Assembly: GCA_947629635.1 (NCBI GenBank)
Contig: CANREO010000003.1
Location: 1-35,790, forward strand
Source of the DNA: an uncultured Clostridia bacterium
Lineage (GTDB): Bacteria; Bacillota; Clostridia; Christensenellales; CAG-917
Reading direction: 5' to 3'
Length of the DNA: 35,790 nt
Made by a program: the position numbers and the translations under genes. The stretch's first letter is position 1; the number at the start of each line of letters is the position of its first letter. The notes beneath the pieces were generated by a model. It was not told the DNA's origin. It saw only the letters and a program-made list of their open reading frames with translations, and searched no databases. Positions 17,801 through 26,312 of the stretch are shown piece after piece.

Positions 17801-19000
17801 TTGAGTATAATAGCCTACGCGGTCAATGTTTACAGTGCCCGACGTCCTGTCTATTGCGGCGACGTGCGAGGCGTCGGCATAGCTTTTGCCTTCGGGGTCA
17901 ACGATAGTTTCCAAAGAGATGAATCCTTTGTCTATTATGTCGTCGGCGTTTGCGCTTGCAAGACTGTTGGAATACGCGAGCACGCAGAGATCCGCCGCGT
18001 CGCGATTGTTGTCAATGTTTGCGTCATAGCGCCTGTATATCATGTGACGATAGTATGTTTCGGTCGGAGCTTCCTCTGTAGCGGCATAGCAGGAATTGTC
18101 GACGACGTATTTGTAAGAGGTGACGCCGTCCTTTTCTATGGATTTTTTGATGTAGCGCAACTCTCTTATGTCAAGCCCTGTTGAACCGTCCGCCAGAGTT
18201 TTTCCGCCTGCGATATAAGTCTCTGCCCCCGGCGTGATATCGAGCGAAGTAAGTTTGTCCGATGGAATTTCGACATATGCGTCGTCCGAATCCTGCTCCG
18301 CGGCAAGATACAGATCATTGACGCCAACCGGCACATACGTATCGGTGTCGCCGTTTAGGAAAGTGCTTATCCTCAGCGCGTCTATTACGCTGCCGAAACT
18401 GTTGAGAGGAATGTCCTGGAGGGCGGCGATCATGTCGCTGCCAGAGGCGAGATCGATGTTGAATTTGTCTTTTATGGCGCGCAACGTCAAACCGTCGCCG
18501 CTGAAAGACTTCATGATGTTGTCAATGGCGGAAGGGATGCCGCTGTCCAGATTTTCTTCGAGAACGGGAAGATTGTAAGAGGCAAAATCCAGCCCCGTAA
18601 GATTGCCTATGTCGTTTAATGTGAATGAATCAAGTACTATTGACAAATTGCCGATAATCTCGGTCAGAGGCGTGTTGTAAAGGTCTTCTTTTGTCGTAAA
18701 GTCAATGCCGCTCACGCCGTTGAAAAGGGCTATGCCGTAGTGTTCGTACAAAACTTTCAAAGAAAGCTCGTGAAAATTTTGATAATCGTTCCATACGCCT
18801 TTTATTGCTTCAAGCAATGTTTCGCCGTACAGTTTGCTGTCGGGACGTATTACCTCGGCGTCGGTGAGGGAGCTTTGCAGCTGCCCCACAGTCATAGAAG
18901 TGCCTATGGCAAGGACGGCGCCGCCAATCGCAAGCACAAGCAACACGATGCCCAATACAATGCCCAATACAAAAGTCAAAGTACACCGAAAAACCTTCAT
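14888..19000 (-). CDS. large (about 1370 aa) acidic membrane-anchored repeat protein of unknown function
   Basis: N-terminal hydrophobic helix; recurring about 34-36 aa helical repeat interrupted by Tyr-rich inserts; AAGGAG RBS before ATG at 19000. Confidence 0.85.
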   Translation of the reverse strand: MKVFRCTLTFVLGIVLGIVLLVLAIGGAVLAIGTSMTVGQLQSSLTDAEVIRPDSKLYGETLLEAIKGVWNDYQNFHELSLKVLYEHYGIALFNGVSGIDFTTKEDLYNTPLTEIIGNLSIVLDSFTLNDIGNLTGLDFASYNLPVLEENLDSGIPSAIDNIMKSFSGDGLTLRAIKDKFNIDLASGSDMIAALQDIPLNSFGSVIDALRISTFLNGDTDTYVPVGVNDLYLAAEQDSDDAYVEIPSDKLTSLDITPGAETYIAGGKTLADGSTGLDIRELRYIKKSIEKDGVTSYKYVVDNSCYAATEEAPTETYYRHMIYRRYDANIDNNRDAADLCVLAYSNSLASANADDIIDKGFISLETIVDPEGKSYADASHVAAIDRTSGTVNIDRVGYYTQEEALTESPKFGFEGTITKSSKLTEITDPTDGKYYFRTHVGTSQAVLQTINYMSISDLRNADGLLDNIKIKDVVSIDESSPKILSAIADCTLSNIGDRISELEVGDLFDVDGEDTSLIMKSLAKRGCKISELASVADKLTLGEIIEVNYDEYTAAPDGMYVRIPVYVKYNAYAPSHNPEPGSADFDYVKRYNKLDEGDYQQADDGEYVRVYYYTRDNEEDETQAEMQRYNLTQAADTAIAMQSIARRGCTIPELGTIMNELYISELMRIDADSAQIMQSLAKLNVKLDEFDEKIDELKISDVIEIGDNASKLMKTLKARKTKINELATVTDTLAIGDMIDIVYDDYTPNENGKYVKIVLANATDTEGEKCYYTLFNPANPDHVGKERYDRTPKDEASSKILQRFAATSLGDFSSAFGNLQVFDVMDIDADIYAAATGLQSRQEGESATNYYFVDEDGNEQRLFYYAEEDGLFRLASQDYINQHHDDNSLYYIKSAGTGNAVLRKLAYVNIDSMGPSLGKIIDDMLLSEIIDIYDAYAVEVEESFASESDPSEDSLYFVEWTEGDAKENGKEVIYLYDNLGKYTKTNERYVALDPESSELTNDRSEFYFVYKKVPTTPNDMVSIPSFGLDFNTDDLKARAAAGEYLAKNNIYYYDAKNDNMVFNPALCAYLAANVTKTQQEGNDAKLYYREVKSDASSVTEGKANNENTVFMGYKYKDGQNLYVDVLGKKTAYLSSNDTYISFWDLQMYRKETAENNSFIVVKEQLGDGVSTDGLVYSKHYAENVYIADANGEYVFINGEYVKYSNANPNHDGQMRFSLKKGYIATRNEIYYEKNGGFETELDTSKIRKVTNTVRAKSAAILRLLAGGTMKDLNTAVSNATMEQIIDITPDSMFDNPFIREATLNTMGVQLQKLLADMTMDDLIAWANVDGVPAEVRTALAGVKIPNFILSVEFKDSQGLVINMEKLYGYGN

Positions 19001-19042
19001 AATCACTCCTTATTTCGTATATGCGCGCCGAGGCGCGCACGA

Positions 19043-19810
19043 TCAGCCGAATATCTTTGATAAAACTTGCGCAAGGGGATTGTGCAAGTAGAGATAGCCG
19101 CATACGGGCGAATTTGTCAAATATTCGTCCACAGTCGGCAAAGTGTTGCGCAAGGATTTGAGTATGGCAAGCACAAGCAGCATCGTGATTATGGTCAGCG
19201 CCGCGCCGATTATGGCGCCGAAACTCCTGTCTACGATGCGCAATGTGACGCTCTCGGATTTGTGCATTCGCCTGAAGATCTTCCGGAACAGCCACATTAT
19301 TATGCCCAACGCGACGCAATATATGATAAACATGACGATCGCTACCACAATGGACACTATAAAGTCCGCCGCGACGCCGTTCAACGACTGTCCGTCCTCA
19401 TGGATGAAGCGCTTTGCCAGCCATAGCGCCAACTTGCCGCGCGTTTTGCTTACAAGGCCGCTGCCCGCCGCCTCGTCAAGCGGGATCTGCCTGACTTCGC
19501 CGTCTATTTCCACATTCATGAAGTAGGAGCCGTCCTCGGCAATGTGTATCGGCTCCGTAAAGACCTCGCCCCAGGATGAGGATTTTTCGGTGAGGGAGGC
19601 GGTCATATTTTGTATAAAAGAAAGACCTTTTATCCCGTTGATAGAGGCTCCGACCAAAAGCAAGGAAAGCAAAATAATTGTGATGGACATAAATAAGCCC
19701 TTTGCGGATCTTGCCGCGCCGCCTATGATACCCAAGATCAAGCCGACTGCCAAAACGGCAAAAAACGCAATGTCCGCATATGATATGACTGCAAGCGTCA
19801 ATTCAAACAT
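19043..19810 (-). CDS. CvpA-like membrane protein
   Basis: DIAFFAVLAVGLILGIIGG N-terminus; LRIVDRSFGAIIGAA and C-terminal NSPVCGYLY are CvpA-like; GGAGG RBS before ATG at 19810. Confidence 0.6.
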   Translation of the reverse strand: MFELTLAVISYADIAFFAVLAVGLILGIIGGAARSAKGLFMSITIILLSLLLVGASINGIKGLSFIQNMTASLTEKSSSWGEVFTEPIHIAEDGSYFMNVEIDGEVRQIPLDEAAGSGLVSKTRGKLALWLAKRFIHEDGQSLNGVAADFIVSIVVAIVMFIIYCVALGIIMWLFRKIFRRMHKSESVTLRIVDRSFGAIIGAALTIITMLLVLAILKSLRNTLPTVDEYLTNSPVCGYLYLHNPLAQVLSKIFG

Positions 19811-19861
19811 ATATCCTCCACGCAGCGAGCTCGCGCGCACTTATACTACAAATATATTTAG

Positions 19862-19890
19862 ATTATAACCAAATTAAAAGCCTTTTGCAA
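19862..19890 (-). promoter_or_regulatory. sigma-A promoter for the cvpA-like/repeat-protein operon
   Basis: TTGCAA-17bp-TATAAT. Confidence 0.7.
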
Positions 19891-19959
19891 CTGCATTTTC
19901 AAAATTGACAGGATATGACACCGTTTTTTGACTTAACAAATCGTTTTTTACTCTTCGAG

Positions 19960-19989
19960 GTTTAGAAAAACTTGTTGTGGGTCACAATT
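19960..19989 (+). promoter_or_regulatory. forespore sigma-F-type promoter for yyaC
   Basis: GTTTA-15bp-GGTCACAATT fits GYWTA-15-GGnnAnAnTW; 5 nt to ATG. Confidence 0.6.
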
Positions 19990-19994
19990 AAGGA

Positions 19995-20621
19995 ATGAAA
20001 AAATCACTGAAAAAAGATATCGAACAGATTCTGCTTGAGGACGCCGTAAGGCAACCCGTAGAGAGCGGAAAGCGAAAAAAGGACGAGCAAGCCGTCTCCG
20101 TCGTGCCTGCCGACGACAACAAGCTTGCGCCATTTGTCAGCCTGACGCTCAAACCGCTGATAGACAGCGCGCACAAACAGGTGGTAGTGGTCTGCTTCGG
20201 CACTACGTCTATATCGGGCGACGCGCTGGGGCCGATGGTCGGCACGATGCTCAAGGATAAATACAGATTGCCGACCTTTGTCTATGGCACCGAACAGCTG
20301 AACGTAAACGGCAAAAATATGAGCGAGTGGATGGCATTTATAAAAGAAGTACACTCGGACGCCGTCTTCGTCGCCGTAGACGCGAGCTTGGGTTCATCCG
20401 ACAAAGTGGGACAAATATTGGTGCGCGAGGATGGGGTATGCCCGGCGGCGATAAAAGGCAAAAGGACGCGCTTCGGAGACATCGGCATACTTGCCGTCGT
20501 CGCCGAAAATAAGGGCGACGCGCTTATGCAATTGATGTCCGTATCGCCCGTCGATGTGGAGAAAATGGCGGTGAAAATAGCGGCGATGATAGATATGAGT
20601 TGCGGCAGAAAAATCGCATAA
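19995..20621 (+). CDS. yyaC: spore protease YyaC (DUF1256, GPR-related)
   Basis: VCFGT...GDALGPMVG...VYGT, VAVDASLG...VGQI...P...GDIGI. Confidence 0.85.
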   Translation: MKKSLKKDIEQILLEDAVRQPVESGKRKKDEQAVSVVPADDNKLAPFVSLTLKPLIDSAHKQVVVVCFGTTSISGDALGPMVGTMLKDKYRLPTFVYGTEQLNVNGKNMSEWMAFIKEVHSDAVFVAVDASLGSSDKVGQILVREDGVCPAAIKGKRTRFGDIGILAVVAENKGDALMQLMSVSPVDVEKMAVKIAAMIDMSCGRKIA

Positions 20622-20680
20622 TAAGATTTTTATATATTCAAAACGCACATATAAACCATGATTTTTGAAAGTTATTTAAA

Positions 20681-20712
20681 TTCGTCGCCGCTGAAACGGC
20701 GGCGGATTTTTT
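20681..20712 (+). terminator. intrinsic terminator after yyaC
   Basis: TCGTCGCCG-CTGAAA-CGGCGGCGG-ATTTTTT. Confidence 0.7.
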
Positions 20713-20877
20713 GATTTGAGGAAAGGGGTGTCTCGGGCAAAAGAGAATAAAAATCGCGCACAAAAATCCGTAATAATTTGACCGAGCTGCTTTTTCCCGG
20801 AAACAAATTTTCGAACCCGAAAGTTGCCTAGAAACGAAACATTTTTTTAATTAAAAAAAATTATGCGACAAATCATA

Positions 20878-20906
20878 TTGAAATATCGATTGTGGTATGA
20901 TATTAT
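20878..20906 (+). promoter_or_regulatory. sigma-A promoter for the twin membrane-protein operon
   Basis: TTGAAA-17bp-TATTAT with TG extension. Confidence 0.6.
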
Positions 20907-20964
20907 ATGAACAGTACTATGTATACGCATATATGCGCGCATACATAAGAACAAGGAGAAAATT

Positions 20965-23772
20965 ATGACGCAAGAGCAAAAACAGGTTAAGAGGGCCAAG
21001 AGGTACCGCATCTTAAAAGTGTTGTTTTATTTTCTGGGCCTGCCACTGTTTATCTTCACGGTGTTTTTGACCAGCATTTCGATGCTAGGGCACGCACCGT
21101 ATGTCGGGACTAGCAAAATTACCTCGACCATAGGCACGCTGACTTATTTCGAGTCCTTGCTGACTTCGCCCGCGCTTTACGGTTTTTGGTTGGCGGTAGT
21201 GCTGTGGTTGACGGTGTCCATCATTCATATTATCCTCAGCAAGACGGTGAAAAACCGTAGGGTGAGGCTTTTTACCGTCTTGGTGTGCATTTTCGTCTTT
21301 ATGTTTGGCGGCACGCTGCTTATGGACACGGTGCTGGACGCGAAACTGACCAATCTGGCGGCAAGCGCGCCGGAAGGGGTCACCATCGACGACTATAAAA
21401 CGGAGTTGTCTTACTATAGGGCGCACAGCGCGCAATATCGTGACGACAGGACGCTTTCATTGATCGACGCCGTCAAAAATAAACTTAACGTATACAACGT
21501 CGGGCTGACCGGCGGCAATAGCGGCGGCACGGCGACCAACATGGAAAATAAGCCGATCACTTATTATAACATCATCAGCGACGATGGCGAAACGGGCGTC
21601 GATATTTCTTTCAGAAAGAACAATACTACGGGATTTTGGGAGCTCGATTACGATCCGACGGACGGACACAACGTCTTTTGCGGCACTGACGGCATCTCCA
21701 AGGACGTAGAAGGCGCACAGCTTATAAGGCTTAAGCCCAATAGCGCCGGAATGCTGGAAATAAACGGGAAAATTTATTCGCATTATTATTGGGTCAACAG
21801 AGGCTCCATGCAAGGACAGCCCGTATACATTTGGTATACCAAAGATATGGTGTCCGATTCGTTTACTTTCGATCCTGCGACGGGCGTGAGACAGATCCCC
21901 ACTACCGAAGGCCCGTACGGTCCCGGCGTATATACAAAAGCCGGCATGCTGAACGATGGCTGGATCTTCGGCCTTGACAACGTCATGCGTATCCTTGAAG
22001 ACTATTACGAGGCGCAGCAGGCGTTTGCCGAATGGGAAAAGCAGGACAGCAAAAGGCTTTCGGAAGTGCGTGCGGAAATGTTTTCATCTGCAGCCGAGAG
22101 GCGCGAAAGATATTATCATGGCGAACTTGTCGATCAGACGACGGGCGAAGCCGCCGACGAATGGTTGCAAGCTCTGTACGAGCAGGAATCGGACTATCAA
22201 AACAGATTTTCCCTTACACACGGCAGGTTGGACGCGCTCATTTCGCAAGTGGCGGCGTTGCTTGGCGACAACAGTTTGTTTGACTATCTTCTTAAAAACG
22301 CGGATGAGTTGGACATAACGTATCAGGGCTTCAATATCGGCGAGATCTTGGCTCCGATACTGAAAGATTTGGCAGGAGGCATGAGCCTCAGAAATCTGCT
22401 GACACAACTCTCGGGAATAATCAGCGGCATGGATGTGGATAAAATCTGCGGCACGGTTGCGGAAATATTCAACTATTTGATGGATCGCAGCGACATAAAA
22501 GACATATATATCGTGCTTGTCTATAAGGCGCAAGATCCATGGGGACACGACCGTAACAATCTGTATCTTGCAGTGGTCAAGGACAACGGCGCGGACGCAA
22601 TGGGCACGGAGGACGATATATTGTTTAAGCTGGATCTTATGGACGCGCTTGACGATCCGGAAGATCCGGCAAGCGAATATAAGTTCGATTTGGACAAGGT
22701 CAGCAAATTCCTTTCGACAGCGCTCAACAATCTTTTGACAAACTATAACGGCGGCTCCATAAAGGGCATTGTCAATACCGTATTGGATTTATTGTCCAAT
22801 CTCGGCATACTCGTCAAAGATGTCAACGTTGACGGCGTGACATACAAGGGCATCAACATACTTGGGTTTGACATTCCGCTTATAAAGGTCGAGCGGATCG
22901 ATGAAAACACCGTAAATTATATCATCGATATCGACATCGGCATGATTGCGCGCAATATACTTTCTTCGCTTTACGATTACACTTCCTCCATCTTTTTGCC
23001 CGTATGGGAGTTCTATGACGCGGCAAGATGGGGCGAGGACGCGAATGAATATGAAAGGGCTGTGCAGCAAATGCAATGCCAATACGAGCGCGCATACTTC
23101 GAGGGCGCCGTATATGGCAAGATGATAGCTTCTACCGTCATAGGCGACTCTCTCGGCACCGGCAATTACCCCTCTTCGTTCGGTTTTCAAAACTTGAATG
23201 AAGTGAGACAATTTATGATAGATTTGACCTATCTGCCCAAGCTGTATCCAATGCTTGCCTTCCGCGATATGATGCTTATGTGCGGCGGATTTGTAATTTT
23301 GTTCTATCTGTGCAGTTTCATTGCTGCGGAAAAGGAAGAACAATATGCGTCAGGACAACTTGTCGTCAAAAAGCGCAAGAAAAAAGACAAAAATAAAAAG
23401 AAGGAAGAATCTTTCGCAGACGAGATGAGAGAGGATATCGCCGCGCTCAAAATTCTGGACGATCAACCTACGCTATTCCCGATCGAGCCGGAGCAGACGG
23501 CGGATACAAAAGATGCGGAAGATATGGTCTTGCCCGATATAGACGCCGTTGCGACGGACGAGAAGAAGCCGGCGGAAGAAATAACGCCGGATGAGCCTAT
23601 GGCGACGGAAGACGGACTGCAAGCGAAAGATGCGCCCGGAGACGGGGCGGATATAGCTGCGGACGAAGTAAAAGCGGCGGAAGGGCATGCTCCCGAAGGC
23701 GCTCCCGAGCAAAACGCAAGCGAGGCGACCGCCTTGCCTGTGAATGAAAATACGGACAAGGAGGTGCACTGA
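20965..23772 (+). CDS. large membrane protein of unknown function (3 TM + large domain + 1 TM + acidic tail)
   Basis: 935-aa ORF; AAGGAG RBS; hydrophobic segments read from the translation. Confidence 0.85.
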   Translation: MTQEQKQVKRAKRYRILKVLFYFLGLPLFIFTVFLTSISMLGHAPYVGTSKITSTIGTLTYFESLLTSPALYGFWLAVVLWLTVSIIHIILSKTVKNRRVRLFTVLVCIFVFMFGGTLLMDTVLDAKLTNLAASAPEGVTIDDYKTELSYYRAHSAQYRDDRTLSLIDAVKNKLNVYNVGLTGGNSGGTATNMENKPITYYNIISDDGETGVDISFRKNNTTGFWELDYDPTDGHNVFCGTDGISKDVEGAQLIRLKPNSAGMLEINGKIYSHYYWVNRGSMQGQPVYIWYTKDMVSDSFTFDPATGVRQIPTTEGPYGPGVYTKAGMLNDGWIFGLDNVMRILEDYYEAQQAFAEWEKQDSKRLSEVRAEMFSSAAERRERYYHGELVDQTTGEAADEWLQALYEQESDYQNRFSLTHGRLDALISQVAALLGDNSLFDYLLKNADELDITYQGFNIGEILAPILKDLAGGMSLRNLLTQLSGIISGMDVDKICGTVAEIFNYLMDRSDIKDIYIVLVYKAQDPWGHDRNNLYLAVVKDNGADAMGTEDDILFKLDLMDALDDPEDPASEYKFDLDKVSKFLSTALNNLLTNYNGGSIKGIVNTVLDLLSNLGILVKDVNVDGVTYKGINILGFDIPLIKVERIDENTVNYIIDIDIGMIARNILSSLYDYTSSIFLPVWEFYDAARWGEDANEYERAVQQMQCQYERAYFEGAVYGKMIASTVIGDSLGTGNYPSSFGFQNLNEVRQFMIDLTYLPKLYPMLAFRDMMLMCGGFVILFYLCSFIAAEKEEQYASGQLVVKKRKKKDKNKKKEESFADEMREDIAALKILDDQPTLFPIEPEQTADTKDAEDMVLPDIDAVATDEKKPAEEITPDEPMATEDGLQAKDAPGDGADIAADEVKAAEGHAPEGAPEQNASEATALPVNENTDKEVH

Positions 23773-23773
23773 T

Positions 23774-26203
23774 ATGAGAAAAAACGCGCAAAAGCCCATT
23801 ATCAATCTCGATGCAAACGGCAACGCGATCCCCGAAGCGTTTCCCGTGAGTAAGGGCGCAAAGAAAGATCACAGAAAAACATCGGTGATATATACGTTGC
23901 TCGCATTTTTGTTGCATTTGCTTGCAGTATTGCCTCCCGTCGGTGTAACGCTGTTTTTGGCGCTGAAGACGTACGATCTCGTGCCGTATTATTCCTTCTG
24001 GCCTTTTGTGGCCGTGATCGTAGTAGGCGTCATGGCAATAATATTTACCGTTGTCACGCTTATAGTGACAAGACCCAAAACCAAGAGCAGTATCATGTCG
24101 CAGACTGCAAAGGTCGCGGCAACGTTTGTATGCGTCACATCGGGTCTTGGGATCATCGTCACATACGTGTCCCCCGACATCATCGCGACCGCAACGTCAT
24201 ATACGCTGTTTAACGAAGATCTGTATTACAACGGCGAAAATCAACTTCAGACAAACGCCAAATACGATCGCGAGTTTATCATGGCAAACCTCGTGACGGG
24301 CACCCTGAACGATAGCGAAGACCCGGACGGAGACTTCTCGTATAAAACTCTTTCCAAGCAGATTGAGCAGCCAAACGGCAACTTCTTAAGTTATGAAAAC
24401 GACGAGATACAGACCTATTACGACGGCTACATGCAAAACAGGACCAAAGAAGTTTTGCAAACGGAAGTATTGGACGTGCTTAAAGAAAAGAGCCCGAGAA
24501 AGTATGAGCTGTATGAGTTTATTTACAACAATTTTGTGTTGCTTGACTTCGACTATGCGCTGACAAACGGCTTGCAAAGGCGCGCCTTTACGCTGTCTAT
24601 GGTGGATTATATTTACAATCACTTCGACTACGAGGGCTTGCTTAAAGAAGGATTCCACAATCAGCGTTTGCTCGATCTGTTCCATAGAAATTACGATTCA
24701 TTCAACCAAGACGGCTATCAGACGTTTGACGATTCGCTGTTGCTTTATGCGCAGCTCGGTCCGCGTATGACGGTGCCCGTAGTGCTACGTCTTATTCTCA
24801 ACGGAGGATGGAAATACTCGCAGCCCTCTATGGACGACGAGGGAAATATGTATTACACCGAAGACGGACAAAACTTCCTGTATGAAATGTACAGCGCCTC
24901 TGCTTTGGAGGAGTTTAAGGCTGCTGGCGGCACATTCGATTATACGGGCAAGATGCGCAACAACAAAGGCGAGGAGATAGAGGTCAACTATGGCTTCAAC
25001 AAGGACGGTTGGATGGTGTTTGAAAACGGTATGATCAGACGCCCCATAGACTGGCTGGTGTTGGATATGTTGGGCACGCCTATGGATGTCACCCAACTCG
25101 ATCTTGCCGAACTGATCGGCAATCCGACCATAATGACGCTCGTTGAAAAAATACTCAACAGTTTGGGTTCGCTTACCGACGCCGTCGGCGACCTCATAAC
25201 CGAAGATTTGCAGAATGTTATAGAATACGCCACAAACGGATGTAACCTCAATATAGCGATATATATGAACGACAATGACCGCCTGGCGATCAGCATTGTG
25301 CCTATGAACTATCATTACGGCATACTCGGCTATCAGCAAGCGACATATATGCAGTCAAACAACTTGCTTATGGCGGTTATCAACGTTATGGGGGCACGCA
25401 ATTGGTTGTACATTTTCGGCTCGATAGGCACGATATTGGTTATCGCTGCCGGCATACTCCGCGAGTGTGGCAAGAGGACTCGCGAGCGTACGGAAGTGTC
25501 GCGCGACAGGATCATAAGAGCTAAGTCGCAACCTGTAGGCGACCTCTCTGCTTTGCCCGAAAAGTATGAGCAACGAATGGAAGCCAAGGAAGAAGAGCAA
25601 AACGCGTTCGCTATAGATGATGACGAGATAAAAGTTGTCGAAGAAAAGGCGCACGAGGGCGAGGAGAGCGAGAAGGCAGAGCCGATTTCGGAAGAAAAGA
25701 CGACCGAGCCTATAGAAACGGCGCACATTGAGAGCGTGTCGTCGGAAGCGTCCGAAGAAAAACCGGTGTCCGAACAAAAGGCCGAGTCTGTGCCCGAAGC
25801 GGAAGAAGTTGCGGAGCAAAAGACGGAAGAGCCTGAAGTGGCCGAGGAAAAGAAGAAAGAAAAGAAAGCAAAAGAGCCTAAAGCTCCAAAGGAGCCTAAA
25901 GAACCGAAGAAAGCCAAGGAGCCTGAAAAAAAGGAGAAGGAAGAGAAAAAGCCCTCCGCCCGTCCGACGTCTGCCGGGACTCAACGCCCGACAAACGGCG
26001 CTGCCAGACCTACAAACGGCTCGGCTCGGCCCGTACAACGCCCGGCGAACGGAGCAGCGAGACCTACAAACGGCCAACGCCCCACGACAAACGGCCAACG
26101 TCCGGCTAACGGCTCCAGACCTGCGAGCGCAAGACCTGCCGGCCAGCGTCCCACAAACGGCGCCCCCAGGCCGAGGCCCACAAACGGCTCGCGACCCAGA
26201 TGA
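23774..26203 (+). CDS. large membrane protein of unknown function (3 TM + large domain + 1 TM + E/K-rich and RPTNG-repeat tail)
   Basis: GGAGGT RBS at 23760-23765; ATG 1 nt after the upstream stop. Confidence 0.85.
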   Translation: MRKNAQKPIINLDANGNAIPEAFPVSKGAKKDHRKTSVIYTLLAFLLHLLAVLPPVGVTLFLALKTYDLVPYYSFWPFVAVIVVGVMAIIFTVVTLIVTRPKTKSSIMSQTAKVAATFVCVTSGLGIIVTYVSPDIIATATSYTLFNEDLYYNGENQLQTNAKYDREFIMANLVTGTLNDSEDPDGDFSYKTLSKQIEQPNGNFLSYENDEIQTYYDGYMQNRTKEVLQTEVLDVLKEKSPRKYELYEFIYNNFVLLDFDYALTNGLQRRAFTLSMVDYIYNHFDYEGLLKEGFHNQRLLDLFHRNYDSFNQDGYQTFDDSLLLYAQLGPRMTVPVVLRLILNGGWKYSQPSMDDEGNMYYTEDGQNFLYEMYSASALEEFKAAGGTFDYTGKMRNNKGEEIEVNYGFNKDGWMVFENGMIRRPIDWLVLDMLGTPMDVTQLDLAELIGNPTIMTLVEKILNSLGSLTDAVGDLITEDLQNVIEYATNGCNLNIAIYMNDNDRLAISIVPMNYHYGILGYQQATYMQSNNLLMAVINVMGARNWLYIFGSIGTILVIAAGILRECGKRTRERTEVSRDRIIRAKSQPVGDLSALPEKYEQRMEAKEEEQNAFAIDDDEIKVVEEKAHEGEESEKAEPISEEKTTEPIETAHIESVSSEASEEKPVSEQKAESVPEAEEVAEQKTEEPEVAEEKKKEKKAKEPKAPKEPKEPKKAKEPEKKEKEEKKPSARPTSAGTQRPTNGAARPTNGSARPVQRPANGAARPTNGQRPTTNGQRPANGSRPASARPAGQRPTNGAPRPRPTNGSRPR
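25961..26200 (+). repeat. coding imperfect tandem repeat RP(T/A)NG
   Basis: About 8 RPxNG-type units plus partial RP units; recurring ACAAACGGC at DNA level. Confidence 0.85.
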
Positions 26204-26206
26204 TGA

Positions 26207-26235
26207 GAGCGGTGCGCAAAGCGCGCCGCTTTTAT
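26207..26235 (+). terminator. intrinsic terminator
   Basis: AGCGGTGCGC-AAA-GCGCGCCGCT-TTTAT. Confidence 0.7.
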
Positions 26236-26312
26236 ATTTCGGTTGTGATGATTATGCTTGCAAAAAGTATTTAATATGATATTATATATATAGAAAATAA
26301 AGGGGAAAAAAG

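Noticed and set aside
20715-20860. Possible riboswitch upstream of the twin membrane-protein operon
   Set aside because: No convincing match to motifs I know, and it lies upstream of the best promoter candidate; an Infernal scan would settle it.
25961-26200. Repeated ACAAACGGC units as a possible CRISPR array
   Set aside because: In-frame coding repeats, too short and irregular, with no unique spacers or cas genes.
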